A DNA stretch of 64,000 bases from Candidatus Altimarinota bacterium (GCA_018608565.1 JABAZT010000028.1:1014-65013); one strand, 5' to 3'. Shown: positions 1 through 9,895, numbered from the stretch's first letter. Numbers and translations: made by a program. The notes: a model not told the origin generated them from the letters alone.

Positions 1-1042
1 GCTTTTTGGACTTGGAACTAATCCCAATCCAACAGAAATACAGATACAAACAAAAACTATGTATCAGCAGGCTAAGTACGGAGCTTCTGCTCATTGGGCA
101 TATAAAAAAAATAGATCTTCAAACTTCAGTAAAGATTTTTTGAAAAAAAACCTATGGACTGATCCAACTAATTTTGAGGATGAAAATCAGAGTAAAGAAT
201 CTATTTTTGATGAGCTTACCAGTAAAGTCAAAAATGAACGAATACATGTCTTTACCCCAAAAGGAGATATTATAAATCTTCCACAAAAATCGACCCCTAT
301 TGATTTTGCTTTTGCCATACACTCTGATATAGGATGCTCTGTCACGAATGCAAAAGTTAATGGGGTTATTCGACCACTGCACTATGAACTTCAAGCAGGA
401 GACATTGTGGAAGTTATCACAAAAAAAGGAAGAACCCCAAATCCACTTTGGCTTAATTTTGTAAAATCTCATAGCGCTCGAAGTAAAATTAGAAATTTTA
501 TTAATGCGGAAAGAAAAGAAGATTCAATTGTGGATGAACCTATAAATTCCCCTCTCCCTCAAAAGAATCCGATAAGACCAAAATCAAAATATATAGATCA
601 AACACAAAATACCTCTCGACTTGCAAGTGTTATGATCGGAGGAGAAAGAGATAGTCCCTATAAAATTGCGCAATGTTGCACTCCTAAAAATGGACAAAAA
701 ATTATCGCTTATAATTCGAGAGGACTTGAGTTCATGATTCATAAGCAAGACTGTAAAACTATAGCCAACCTAGAGCCTGAAAGATTTATGGATGCAACAT
801 TTATAAACGTAACCACGATTCACATAACATCCCAAGACCGAATAGGACTTCTCAAAGAAATAATTGAGACTATCAGTAATTCGAACCTCAATATCACTCA
901 AACAAAACTCGCCTATAATGATAATACAACGACTACGAGTATTGAAGTCGAATACATAGATAAAAAACTAGTTATGACGGCCTTAGCCGAATTGATAAAA
1001 ATACCAAATATACTAAGTGCCCAAGAAACTACTTGGAGTTAA
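1..1042 (+). CDS. relA: RelA/SpoT (p)ppGpp synthetase/hydrolase, C-terminal part (5' truncated by window)
   Basis: Frame open from window start: EIQIQTKTMYQQAKYGASAHWAYK (end of synthetase domain), TGS (VFTPKGDIINLP..STPIDFAFAIHSDIG), Zn finger (AQCC..HKQDC), ACT domain (DRIGLLKEI). Confidence 0.93.
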   Translation, partial: LFGLGTNPNPTEIQIQTKTMYQQAKYGASAHWAYKKNRSSNFSKDFLKKNLWTDPTNFEDENQSKESIFDELTSKVKNERIHVFTPKGDIINLPQKSTPIDFAFAIHSDIGCSVTNAKVNGVIRPLHYELQAGDIVEVITKKGRTPNPLWLNFVKSHSARSKIRNFINAERKEDSIVDEPINSPLPQKNPIRPKSKYIDQTQNTSRLASVMIGGERDSPYKIAQCCTPKNGQKIIAYNSRGLEFMIHKQDCKTIANLEPERFMDATFINVTTIHITSQDRIGLLKEIIETISNSNLNITQTKLAYNDNTTTTSIEVEYIDKKLVMTALAELIKIPNILSAQETTWS

Positions 1043-1760
1043 ATTCTTCGATAATATTGAATTCAAAATCTGTAACCCCTATCCATCCTTGATCTAGAAG
1101 CCAAGACTCAAGTTTCTTTTGATGTCCTGTCCACATCAATATTGAAAATAAAATAATCAAAACTCCTATTCCTCTCTTTAACACCCCAGTATCTGAGGCA
1201 ATATTATTGATTATCACAAATATTTTTCTTCCAAGATAGGCAATAGTCAAAAGAACCACCCCAATCCCTAATAGATACAAACTCAAATATCCAATTCCAA
1301 GTAATAAATTTTGAGGAATAATAACTCCCAAAATCAAAAAATAAGTTGGACTACAACTTATGAAAACTGGTCCTAACACAACTCCAAGTATTACAAGCCC
1401 TACAACATTCTTATTGGGAAGATGTTTGTGTAACAAACTTATAGATTGAGATTGAAATACTGTTTTTGATAGTATTTTTCCCCAAAAAGATGGAAATATT
1501 AGCACTAAACCAAAACAAAATAAAATAATGGTTGAAAACAATTGCAGAATATTTTGATCAATTTTTAGGGTATCAATCAAAAACTTGATCCCAACCGTCA
1601 AACATAAAACTGAAACTAAAAACGAACTAATTACTACTAGTGGACTCCACCATTTCCTTCCTACAACTGCTCCTCCCAGTATAGCTGGAAGCAGCGGAAG
1701 TATGCATGGGGCTAATATAGTTAGTATTCCTGCAACAAATGCCAATACCGCTAAACTCAT
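1029..1760 (-). CDS. ccdA: Cytochrome c biogenesis CcdA / DsbD-like transmembrane thiol transporter
   Basis: LAFVAGILTILAPCILPLLP and GPVFISCSPT motifs, about 6 TM helices; start taken at ATG 1760. Confidence 0.85.
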   Translation of the reverse strand: MSLAVLAFVAGILTILAPCILPLLPAILGGAVVGRKWWSPLVVISSFLVSVLCLTVGIKFLIDTLKIDQNILQLFSTIILFCFGLVLIFPSFWGKILSKTVFQSQSISLLHKHLPNKNVVGLVILGVVLGPVFISCSPTYFLILGVIIPQNLLLGIGYLSLYLLGIGVVLLTIAYLGRKIFVIINNIASDTGVLKRGIGVLIILFSILMWTGHQKKLESWLLDQGWIGVTDFEFNIIEEFNSK

Positions 1761-1826
1761 TGCTTGGTAAGGTATACTACGAGTCCGCACTTTGCAAACA
1801 TTGGATGTAGCCTAAGATGAGATGGC

Positions 1827-1853
1827 ATGTGATGTATAAAAAATAAATCACAT
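1827..1853. promoter_or_regulatory. Inverted repeat with CRP-like half-sites between divergent ccdA and crp-family gene
   Basis: ATGTGATGTAT-aaaaa-ATAAATCACAT; TGTGA and TCACA are 15 bp apart rather than the canonical 6. Confidence 0.4.
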
Positions 1854-1894
1854 AAATATGAGTAAAATCTTAAAATTAATTAAAAACATAAAAC

Positions 1895-2551
1895 ATGAGT
1901 AACCTATTTTTTTGTATCCAAGATGTAAGTCTCTATGAAGGAGTAGATGAGAAGAGCCTCGAAGAAGTGGCACGACTCGCGGCTGAATCGGTCTTAGATA
2001 AAGACAAGCTCCTCTACTCTCCTAATGAGCCCGCCGAATATATCTACGTCATCAAAGAAGGGGAAATTGAAATCTACCGAATCGAAGATGGGAAAAAAAT
2101 AGTCCTCGATACCCTCTATCCGGGTGATGTATTTGGAGATTTCGGAACACAACAGACCAAACACTTCGCGGTTACAAAGCGAAAAACCTACGTCTGCAAA
2201 ACCCCAAAAGATAAATTTATAAAAGTATTAGAAAAGAATCCGAGCCTTACACTCAAGCTGATTGAATCTCTGGCTGACAAGAACCTTTACTACGAAGATC
2301 GTCTTGCGCTTCAATCTCGTCCTGCAAAAGAAAGAGTCTATGAGGAACTCAAATTTCTTCGATCTAAGAGTCATAAAAATATTTTTGGAAAGATCTTCAA
2401 AATCCCTCTGAGAATATCTCATCAACGACTCGCTGAAAAAGTCGGGCTCAATCGAGTTACGGTTACAAAATTAATTGGAGAGCTTAAAATAGAAAACAGA
2501 ATCTCTGTTGATCCAAATACAAATGAGATTAAGATTTTGGATGAGTCTTAA
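1895..2551 (+). CDS. Crp/Fnr family transcriptional regulator
   Basis: cNMP-binding domain (YIYVIKEGEIEI..LYPGDVFGD) plus C-terminal HTH (ISHQRLAEKVGLNRVTVTKLI). Confidence 0.92.
   Translation: MSNLFFCIQDVSLYEGVDEKSLEEVARLAAESVLDKDKLLYSPNEPAEYIYVIKEGEIEIYRIEDGKKIVLDTLYPGDVFGDFGTQQTKHFAVTKRKTYVCKTPKDKFIKVLEKNPSLTLKLIESLADKNLYYEDRLALQSRPAKERVYEELKFLRSKSHKNIFGKIFKIPLRISHQRLAEKVGLNRVTVTKLIGELKIENRISVDPNTNEIKILDES
2454..2542 (+). repeat. 89-bp direct repeat, copy 1 (3' end of crp-family gene)
   Basis: Identical to 3004-3092 except 2 mismatches (2463/3013, 2536/3086). Confidence 0.95.
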
Positions 2552-2556
2552 AAGGC

Positions 2557-2937
2557 TCAAACAGAAACCTCAAGAATAATTTCTTTTCCTGCCTGCATAC
2601 GTTGAAATTGAATATCTAAGATCTCCCCCCAAGCAGGAGACGAACGACGAATATTATCAATAAAATATTTAAAATCACTCAAGAGCGAGGTCTCTGGCGC
2701 TTCCACTCTGACTATTGCTTGTAGACAAGATTGTATCCTAGCTCCTATCTCACGAGAAGCCTGTGTAGCATGTAAACAACACATACACGAACCAAGCTCT
2801 CCAATACTTTTATGTTCATTTACAAATTCAGCCACTATCTCTTCAAATTTCGTCTCATATAATTTATTCAACCCCTGAGCACTACCTCTAAAATCCACAC
2901 TTGAATCTACCATAGGAACTGGGGTAATTATTTTCAT
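2557..2937 (-). CDS. Hypothetical protein (orphan, CxCC motif) between the direct repeats
   Basis: 126-aa ORF with ATG start and upstream TTGACT; no recognised family. Confidence 0.6.
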   Translation of the reverse strand: MKIITPVPMVDSSVDFRGSAQGLNKLYETKFEEIVAEFVNEHKSIGELGSCMCCLHATQASREIGARIQSCLQAIVRVEAPETSLLSDFKYFIDNIRRSSPAWGEILDIQFQRMQAGKEIILEVSV

Positions 2938-3003
2938 AAAAAATATTCACAAAATAATAAAAGTCAAATGCCAGGGGCTGATAAAGAGATCTTGGACCTA
3001 TCT

Positions 3004-3092
3004 GAGTTACGGCTACAAAATTAATTGGAGAGCTTAAAATAGAAAACAGAATCTCTGTTGATCCAAATACAAATGAGATTAAGATCTTGGAT
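3004..3092 (+). repeat. 89-bp direct repeat, copy 2 (non-coding duplicate of crp 3' end)
   Basis: See 2454-2542; offset 550 bp. Confidence 0.95.
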
Positions 3093-3094
3093 TT

Positions 3095-3457
3095 TCAAGA
3101 AAGCTTATCTTCAACTCGCTTAACAAACGAATCTGCAAAAAAATTGGCAGGATTCGTTTCAAACCGTATAAAATTTAAAAGAACTGCATACTCACTTTGT
3201 GCTCCGGCAACAGGAAGAGGTTCTGCATTTACGAGTGCATCTCGCGCCTCGACTTCCGTACCAAACTTTCCTACAAAATCTGACATTGCAGCAGCTGTCT
3301 CCCGTAACCGCTGTGCCCCCACAGTTCGCCTCTTATTATTATGATCATTTCCGGCACCAACAGTTTCAGCTAAATCATCAAGCTTTAAGGCTGCCTGTTG
3401 TAATGCCGTATCAAATCCGGTAATATCCTTTGGATGCTGCTCTGAAGAATCTGACAT
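3095..3457 (-). CDS. Hypothetical protein
   Basis: 120-aa helical-looking ORF from ATG 3457 (MSDSSEQH), which avoids overlap with the divergent hydrolase. Confidence 0.6.
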   Translation of the reverse strand: MSDSSEQHPKDITGFDTALQQAALKLDDLAETVGAGNDHNNKRRTVGAQRLRETAAAMSDFVGKFGTEVEARDALVNAEPLPVAGAQSEYAVLLNFIRFETNPANFFADSFVKRVEDKLS

Positions 3458-3514
3458 AGTTTTTTGGAAAGTTATATCAACTACATCATCCCTACTATCC
3501 CAAAAAAGTCCACC

Positions 3515-4279
3515 ATGGAATACTCTCACCAAACTCTCGGCTCAAAAGAAGCAAAAAACATCCTCATCTTCCTCCATGGATGGGGCGGTTCAAAACAAAG
3601 TTTCGAATCATTGTCGAACAAAATAATTGATCAAGGAAAAGACCTACAAATCATCTTGCTGGATCTACCAGGTTTTGGTGATGCAGATATGCCAGCAGAA
3701 GATGGATGGACTACGCATGACTATCAATCTTGGTTTGAAGGATTTCTTAGCAATGAACTTAAACTCTCAAAAAATAAAAATATTCACTTATATGGACACT
3801 CCTTTGGTTGCCGAATTATAATCAGACATCTGCTCAAGAATCCCTCATTTCCTGGGAAAATTTTTCTCACCGGAGCTGCTGGAATCAAATGGCCACCGAG
3901 TTTCAAGACTCGTTGTACAAAATTATTGAACAAAGTATTTACTCCATTCAAATACCTTCTTCCTGAAAAAATTAAAAAGAAGATTCTTCGACGACTTGGG
4001 GCTGGAGATTGGGCAGATATTGATCCTGCGCTCAAGAATACGTTTCAAAAGACCCTGAAAGAGGAAGATCTTCGTATTCACCTCTCTAAGATCTATCAGG
4101 ACTGCTATATCATCTGGGGGAAAAAGGACTCTTATACGCCCTACAAATCAGCTGAAGTTTTTCATCGTGCACTGCATCACTCAAAGCTAAAAATCTTCCC
4201 TCATGGAAAACACGGGATTCACCATACGCATACTGATGAAATAGCTGAAATAGTTGTGGATTTTGTATCAAAAAAATAA
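3515..4279 (+). CDS. Alpha/beta fold hydrolase
   Basis: FLHGWGG, LDLPGFG, GHSFG nucleophile, IWGKKD, HGKHGIH; start at ATG 3515. Confidence 0.92.
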   Translation: MEYSHQTLGSKEAKNILIFLHGWGGSKQSFESLSNKIIDQGKDLQIILLDLPGFGDADMPAEDGWTTHDYQSWFEGFLSNELKLSKNKNIHLYGHSFGCRIIIRHLLKNPSFPGKIFLTGAAGIKWPPSFKTRCTKLLNKVFTPFKYLLPEKIKKKILRRLGAGDWADIDPALKNTFQKTLKEEDLRIHLSKIYQDCYIIWGKKDSYTPYKSAEVFHRALHHSKLKIFPHGKHGIHHTHTDEIAEIVVDFVSKK

Positions 4280-4426
4280 AGAGTTTACATACAACCTCTT
4301 CATCTTTCTATCTCTGCAACTCTCTAACTCCTTATCAAATTTGTAACAAAAACATATTTTTTACGTTTAACAAACTACATCTCAAAACCAACCTGCGACT
4401 CGCTCGCAATTATTACCCCAATTACA

Positions 4427-4477
4427 ATGTTTTATACATTCAATCCTAATCAAGTCTCAGGACTCTCAACCCCGTAA
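4427..4477 (+). CDS. Candidate leader peptide MFYTFNPNQVSGLSTP* upstream of ABC transporter
   Basis: 16-codon uORF directly followed by alternative hairpins and a terminator. Confidence 0.4.
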   Translation: MFYTFNPNQVSGLSTP

Positions 4478-4510
4478 CGCTCGTGGACCAACCTCCGTAG
4501 ATTTTCTGCA

Positions 4511-4540
4511 CGTGGACCACCAGCTGGTCTACGATTTTTT
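4511..4540 (+). terminator. Intrinsic terminator in the 5' region of the ABC transporter gene (possible attenuator)
   Basis: CGTGGACCA-ccagc-TGGTCTACG stem (one G-U pair) followed by A-T6; the 5' arm is duplicated at 4482-4490. Confidence 0.65.
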
Positions 4541-4684
4541 GCGTTTATATAAAAAAACACCAAAGAACTCTTTAATTACTTTTAATCACTTCAACATGAA
4601 TTCTGACTCAAAACCAACTTCTAATCTACAAATAGGAAAAACACTAACAAAACCCCCGCTAATATGCTATAATAACTTAATACA

Positions 4685-6460
4685 ATGAAAAAAATGAACC
4701 CAACAAAACAAACTATTATTTACTTTGCCCAACAAGCAAAAAAATATCCAAAGAGATTAATCGCAATTATACTGTTTTCCCTCATGGCATCTACCATTGG
4801 GCATGCACTATACCCAATTGCGTTTAAAGAAATTATTGATGTCGTCTCTCAATTTACTGGGGCTGACAAGACACTTCTTAATGAAAAATTAATCGAATTA
4901 GTCACAGTCCTTGGAATATTATTCATAGTGGAAATTATCTGCTGGAGATGTGGTGGATATAATAATGATTTCTTCCAAAGTGCTGTAAAAAAGAATATTG
5001 GTGATGATTGCTATTATCGTCTTCACAAGCACTCTATAAGCTTCTTTTCTAATAATTTCATTGGATCGCTTGTCACAAAGACCAAACGACTCATAGGAAG
5101 TTTTGATCGAGTCCTCAATATACTGTTCTGGGATATACTTCCGACTCTTGTTGTATTTGTGGCCTCCACATTCATCCTCTTTAGGATCAACACGCTCTTT
5201 GGAACACTCCTCCTGACCTGGAGTGTTATCTTTATTGCTATCTCTCTCAAACTCTGTCTCTGGAAAATGAAATTTGATCTTGATGCTGCTAACAAAAGCT
5301 CGGTTCTAACCGGAAATTATGCGGACGGACTTTCAAATTTTTTCCCGGTAAAAATATTTGCGCATCAAAAATACGAACAAAAACGGTTTGAAAATTCAAG
5401 TGAGACCCTACGAAAAGCTGATAAAAAAGCTTGGAATTATTCTAATCATATAGAGATATTTAACGCCTTTGCGATGATTATCTTAGAAATTGGATTTCTG
5501 TATCTTTGTATAAAATTTTGGCAAAAAGATCTCTTAACCATTGGTGAAATTGTCTTAATCGAATCCCTTCTTCTTTCTCTAACGAGAAAGCTCTGGAACC
5601 TAGGAAACAATATTAAAGATATTATTACATCGCTTGCCGATGCCAATGAAATGACCCAGCTACTCAATACCCCATTTGAGATTAAAGATTCTCAAAATCC
5701 AGAAACTTCTAGAATCTCTAAAGGACATATTCAAATCGAGGACTTGATCTTCAAATATGAAGACAATGATCCTGTGTTCCAAGACTTCAATCTCGACATA
5801 AAACCAGGCGAAAAAGTCGGACTCGTTGGAGAGTCTGGATCTGGTAAATCGACGCTGACGAAAATCCTCTTCCGGTTTAATGATATCAACCAAGGAAGAG
5901 TCTCCATCGACGGACAAGACATTACTAAACTCAAACAGGAAGATCTAAGAAAAAACCTATCATTCGTTCCTCAGGAACCAATTCTTTTCCACCGAAGCCT
6001 TGAAGAAAATATCCGATATGGAGATCTCGATGCAACTAAAGAAGAAGTTATTGAAGCGGCCAGAAAAGCGCACGCCCATGACTTCATCATCAAAACAAGC
6101 GAAGGTTACGACACACTCGTGGGAGAACGAGGAATCAAACTCTCTGGAGGAGAAAAACAAAGAATCGCAATAGCTAGAGCTATGCTCAAGAAAGCCCCAA
6201 TCTTGATTCTCGATGAAGCGACTTCTGCACTCGACTCGATCGCGGAGACCCATATCCAGGAAGCGCTGGAAACACTGATGAAAGATTGTACAACAATTGT
6301 GATCGCACATCGTCTCTCCACGCTCAGGAAGATGGATCGTATCATTGTTCTTGACCAAGGACAGATCATCGAACAAGGTTCTCACAAAGAACTGGTCAAA
6401 CATGACGGAAAATACAATGAGCTCTGGTCTCACCAAGTAGGTGGATTTATCTCGGAGTAG
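4685..6460 (+). CDS. ABC exporter, fused permease/ATPase (ABCB/MsbA-like)
   Basis: 6-TM domain plus Walker A GESGSGKS, LSGGEKQR signature, ILDEATSALD, IAHRLST. Confidence 0.95.
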   Translation: MKKMNPTKQTIIYFAQQAKKYPKRLIAIILFSLMASTIGHALYPIAFKEIIDVVSQFTGADKTLLNEKLIELVTVLGILFIVEIICWRCGGYNNDFFQSAVKKNIGDDCYYRLHKHSISFFSNNFIGSLVTKTKRLIGSFDRVLNILFWDILPTLVVFVASTFILFRINTLFGTLLLTWSVIFIAISLKLCLWKMKFDLDAANKSSVLTGNYADGLSNFFPVKIFAHQKYEQKRFENSSETLRKADKKAWNYSNHIEIFNAFAMIILEIGFLYLCIKFWQKDLLTIGEIVLIESLLLSLTRKLWNLGNNIKDIITSLADANEMTQLLNTPFEIKDSQNPETSRISKGHIQIEDLIFKYEDNDPVFQDFNLDIKPGEKVGLVGESGSGKSTLTKILFRFNDINQGRVSIDGQDITKLKQEDLRKNLSFVPQEPILFHRSLEENIRYGDLDATKEEVIEAARKAHAHDFIIKTSEGYDTLVGERGIKLSGGEKQRIAIARAMLKKAPILILDEATSALDSIAETHIQEALETLMKDCTTIVIAHRLSTLRKMDRIIVLDQGQIIEQGSHKELVKHDGKYNELWSHQVGGFISE

Positions 6461-6473
6461 AATCCAATCAAAA

Positions 6474-6498
6474 GGCTCCCCTCCGATTAAGGGGAGCT
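6474..6498. repeat. GC-rich REP-like palindrome / possible bidirectional terminator between convergent genes
   Basis: GCTCCCCT-ccgatta-AGGGGAGC. Confidence 0.65.
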
Positions 6499-6524
6499 AC
6501 TTACTAAGAAACTAGAATCCAACA

Positions 6525-7595
6525 TCAAACTAATACTGGAAAAAGCGCAGCTTTAATTTGCTGAGGTGCATTAAGCTCTAATACCCCTCTAATCTGTATA
6601 TCACTCAAACCTCTATCTGAAAGTGAATCCCCGATCTTATAGAAATCCCCTGCACTCTCTACCCCAATCATCTCGAATGACGCCACACCACAATAATCAT
6701 CGCCAATACAAACCTGATCTACTCCTCCATCCTGAATAATTTTATCAATACATTCGGCGATTTCATCTATCTCAGAGAAAAATGGGAACGTTACACACGA
6801 ACCAATAGTCCCTCCTTTTTTTATCAAACGTTTTTTTTCTTTTTCCCCCAGAGCTCGTTCGGATTCACCCCCACGCCAATATTTCTCTGTCGTTCCATGG
6901 CTATAAAACACTAAATGCCCACATCCCAAAACCTCTGCGATATCCATTATATCTCGACGTGTATTTTTTCCAGAATGAGCCAGATCTATAATTAGGTTAT
7001 TCTCAAATAAATATTCGGCCGCATTCCTTCCTAATGAGGTTAATCCACTTGAATTAGCCAATGGGGAATCTGAGTCATACTGAAATCCAAATAACTTCAC
7101 TCCAGCCCTTACTAATCTTATCAAATCAGTCATTGATCCTATAAGATGAGCGCCTCCCTCAAGCCCCATCACAAAACTACCAGTTTCCTCCATATCCGCT
7201 TCACAATTTACGAGTGTTACCCCATCCCTGATCCCCATTTCTCTATAATGATCGATTAACTCAAACATCTTCTCTCTCCGAATTACGTTGGTGTTCGGTT
7301 TTTTCGGTTTTGAAAACGCCTCCTCATCAAAAACAGAAACTACCAGACTCCGGTATCTAATAGCTATTGCCCGTGCCACGATCGTAATATAGTTTTCCCA
7401 AGACAGATTATGTATATCGCCAAACTCTTCAGCAACCTGCTCAATACTAACCCCAAACTGCTCAAGACGATATATTACTGATCGAATACGAGGATCGTAT
7501 CGACTCAGATCTTCTCGTAACTCCCCTATTTTCATTTTTGGTACAAATGGGTCTCCGTGTAGTGATGAATAGAGTGGAGATGGTTTTATAATCAT
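6525..7595 (-). CDS. Membrane dipeptidase (peptidase M19, amidohydrolase fold)
   Basis: LHGD, GLEG, GLTSLGR, IIDLAHSG, YSHG, IGDDYCG; AAGGAG 7 nt before ATG 7595. Confidence 0.75.
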   Translation of the reverse strand: MIIKPSPLYSSLHGDPFVPKMKIGELREDLSRYDPRIRSVIYRLEQFGVSIEQVAEEFGDIHNLSWENYITIVARAIAIRYRSLVVSVFDEEAFSKPKKPNTNVIRREKMFELIDHYREMGIRDGVTLVNCEADMEETGSFVMGLEGGAHLIGSMTDLIRLVRAGVKLFGFQYDSDSPLANSSGLTSLGRNAAEYLFENNLIIDLAHSGKNTRRDIMDIAEVLGCGHLVFYSHGTTEKYWRGGESERALGEKEKKRLIKKGGTIGSCVTFPFFSEIDEIAECIDKIIQDGGVDQVCIGDDYCGVASFEMIGVESAGDFYKIGDSLSDRGLSDIQIRGVLELNAPQQIKAALFPVLV

Positions 7596-7705
7596 AATCA
7601 ATCTCCTTTATTACGATAAAGTAATACAAATCAGATCAAAGTAAATAAATAAGTTTTAATACGAAATCTGAAAAAATAATTATAGATTATTTTTGCCGCT
7701 TCCTC

Positions 7706-8209
7706 TCACTTTTTCTCAAACCGCCAAAACCCTATTACTCCGCTGAGAAAAAAGAACGTATTAGCCAACATTCCTACATACGTCCAAATCATAATATCAT
7801 AGATAAGCCACCCAAGTGTTCCACAGATCACCAATATCCGCATCAATCGATCTGTAGCCACAAAACTAGAAAAAATAATAAAGAGTGAAGAAATAAGTGC
7901 TAACACACTCACATACCAAAGCTCCCACGTATACCAAGCCACGAGGACATTGAGTACTACGAAAAGCCAAAGAATCCATCGTGCCTTAGAAAAAATAGCC
8001 ACCACAAAACGAAGTGATCCGGTCATCGACATCAATGCCGCGACTATCGCTCCCAATAACCAAAAATGTGCAGCCCAGAACAAGTTACACAATGCATACG
8101 CCACAAGCATCTGCCATCGATGCTTAAATTGTGGTCCACATATCGCAATTACGGCGCCTATGGCTCCAAGGATTTGAGACAATAGATATGGATCAATTTC
8201 AAAGTTCAT
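7706..8209 (-). CDS. YgjV-family inner membrane protein
   Basis: SQILGAIG..QFK, HFWLLGA, MRIL..GWLIYD; TATAAT 6 nt upstream of ATG 8209. Confidence 0.85.
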   Translation of the reverse strand: MNFEIDPYLLSQILGAIGAVIAICGPQFKHRWQMLVAYALCNLFWAAHFWLLGAIVAALMSMTGSLRFVVAIFSKARWILWLFVVLNVLVAWYTWELWYVSVLALISSLFIIFSSFVATDRLMRILVICGTLGWLIYDIMIWTYVGMLANTFFFLSGVIGFWRFEKK

Positions 8210-8299
8210 TACTTGATTATACCACAACAATACTTCAGTCAAAACCCCAAGAACAAAACCTATTCTATTTTTATAAAAAACGTATAGTCGATCTCGACT

Positions 8300-9895
8300 A
8301 TGGCACCATTACTTTTCATCGGACTTATTGGACTCTTGCTTGCACTCTCGGTGCGAACCCTTCTCTGGCATCTACAAAACTGGCAGATCCGAGAATATAG
8401 ACTTGATCGGATGTTCTCCTACCTGAGAACCAAACAAGGATTCTGGGGACTTTTTACACTTTGGTTTAAGCCAGGATTTCTTCCTCGACCAAAACGAAGT
8501 GGTAGAATTATACTTATAGTCCTCATCACACTAGGACTTTTTTGTAGCATCACCTTTATTTTTATACACATCATCGAGTTTATACTTACGTTCAATAGCC
8601 ATATTGATAATCCAAAAAACTGCATCCAAGATATTTCACTTCCCGGATGCCAATTACTCACCAACTCAGACCTCTTTAATCTAAAGAATAGTCTCCTAAT
8701 AGCACTCACAATTGCACTACTTATCAACGAACGTCTCATCTGGATCTTTACGACTATTGGAGTTTTTCTTTCTGCTATCCCTGTAAAATTCCAAAGAAAA
8801 AGAATCTTTGCCCATGCGAAACAGATCATCGATAATGCCCCCTCAAATATAACTAAAATTGGAATCTCTGGATCGTATGGAAAGTCCTCTACCAAAGAAA
8901 TACTCTATCACCTACTTACTTCCGAATATGGAAAAGAGGCTGTTCTCTACAATGCTGAAAACAATAATAACGAACTCGCTATTGCTCGACTAATAATAGC
9001 CAATAAGGATTTCTTTAACTCAAAACAATCTAAAGTTTTCCTCTTTGAAACTGGCGCCTACAAACGTGGAGAAATCAAACAAATCACCGACGTTGTACGA
9101 CCTGAGATAGGTATACTAACAGGACTCAACGAACAACACATCGAGCTCTTCGGCTCTATCCGAAATATTCAACTCGCTGAATTTGAGCTTGCCGAAAGCT
9201 GTACAAAAAAAGTGTTCTTTAATGCTGACAGTGATCTTGCAGCTGAAATATTCGCTGATAAAGAAATCGAAGCCGTAAAAATCCCCATCACCAAAACTGC
9301 GGCTCAAAATATAGAATCATCTGATCATGAGACTCTTTTTGATGTCTATGGTGAGCGATTTATGATTCCATGGCCTGGAGAATTTTTTGTCCAAAATGCA
9401 CTCCTGGGGATAGAAACCGCACGAGAACTAGGTATCAGCCCTAAAAAACTGAAAGAATATCTTTCAAATATTGCTCCTCACAAGAGGGCTCTTCACTCAA
9501 AAACACTTACTATCTCAAACAATTCTATAAAAGTTTTATTTGATCTTTATTCTCAAAATCCAGATGGAACGCTTCGAGCGATTGATCATCTCGCCCAATC
9601 TGAAGGACAAAAAATATTCATCGGAATGCCACTCCTAGAGCTTGGCACATATTCAAAACCAATTCATGAACAAATTTTTAGATCACTAAAAGATCTCAAC
9701 GCCACGGTCTACTGGCTTAAAAAAGATCATCACAAGCTTGGGACTAAAATACTGGGAGAAAAATTTCACCTCATTAATCCCCGAAAACCAAAAGACGTAA
9801 CTAAAATTCAAGAACTATTAACTATCAACCATAAACCATCAGCCATCCTCCTCGAAGGTCGAATTCCTCAAAATATTCTAAATCTCTTCAAATAA
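8300..9895 (+). CDS. murF: Mur ligase, MurF-like with N-terminal TM segments
   Basis: LQNWQIREYR N-terminus, IGISGSYGKSSTKE P-loop, FETGAYKRGEI, EQHIELFG, DLYSQNPDG. Confidence 0.8.
   Translation: MAPLLFIGLIGLLLALSVRTLLWHLQNWQIREYRLDRMFSYLRTKQGFWGLFTLWFKPGFLPRPKRSGRIILIVLITLGLFCSITFIFIHIIEFILTFNSHIDNPKNCIQDISLPGCQLLTNSDLFNLKNSLLIALTIALLINERLIWIFTTIGVFLSAIPVKFQRKRIFAHAKQIIDNAPSNITKIGISGSYGKSSTKEILYHLLTSEYGKEAVLYNAENNNNELAIARLIIANKDFFNSKQSKVFLFETGAYKRGEIKQITDVVRPEIGILTGLNEQHIELFGSIRNIQLAEFELAESCTKKVFFNADSDLAAEIFADKEIEAVKIPITKTAAQNIESSDHETLFDVYGERFMIPWPGEFFVQNALLGIETARELGISPKKLKEYLSNIAPHKRALHSKTLTISNNSIKVLFDLYSQNPDGTLRAIDHLAQSEGQKIFIGMPLLELGTYSKPIHEQIFRSLKDLNATVYWLKKDHHKLGTKILGEKFHLINPRKPKDVTKIQELLTINHKPSAILLEGRIPQNILNLFK

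Noticed and set aside
2557-3457. Integron cassette array
   Set aside because: No attC-like inverted repeats or intI; the repeat is a copy of crp coding sequence
4596-4688. 30-aa uORF (MNSDSKPTS...) overlapping the ABC start
   Set aside because: No distinctive features and it spans a probable -10 box; likely chance, though not excluded
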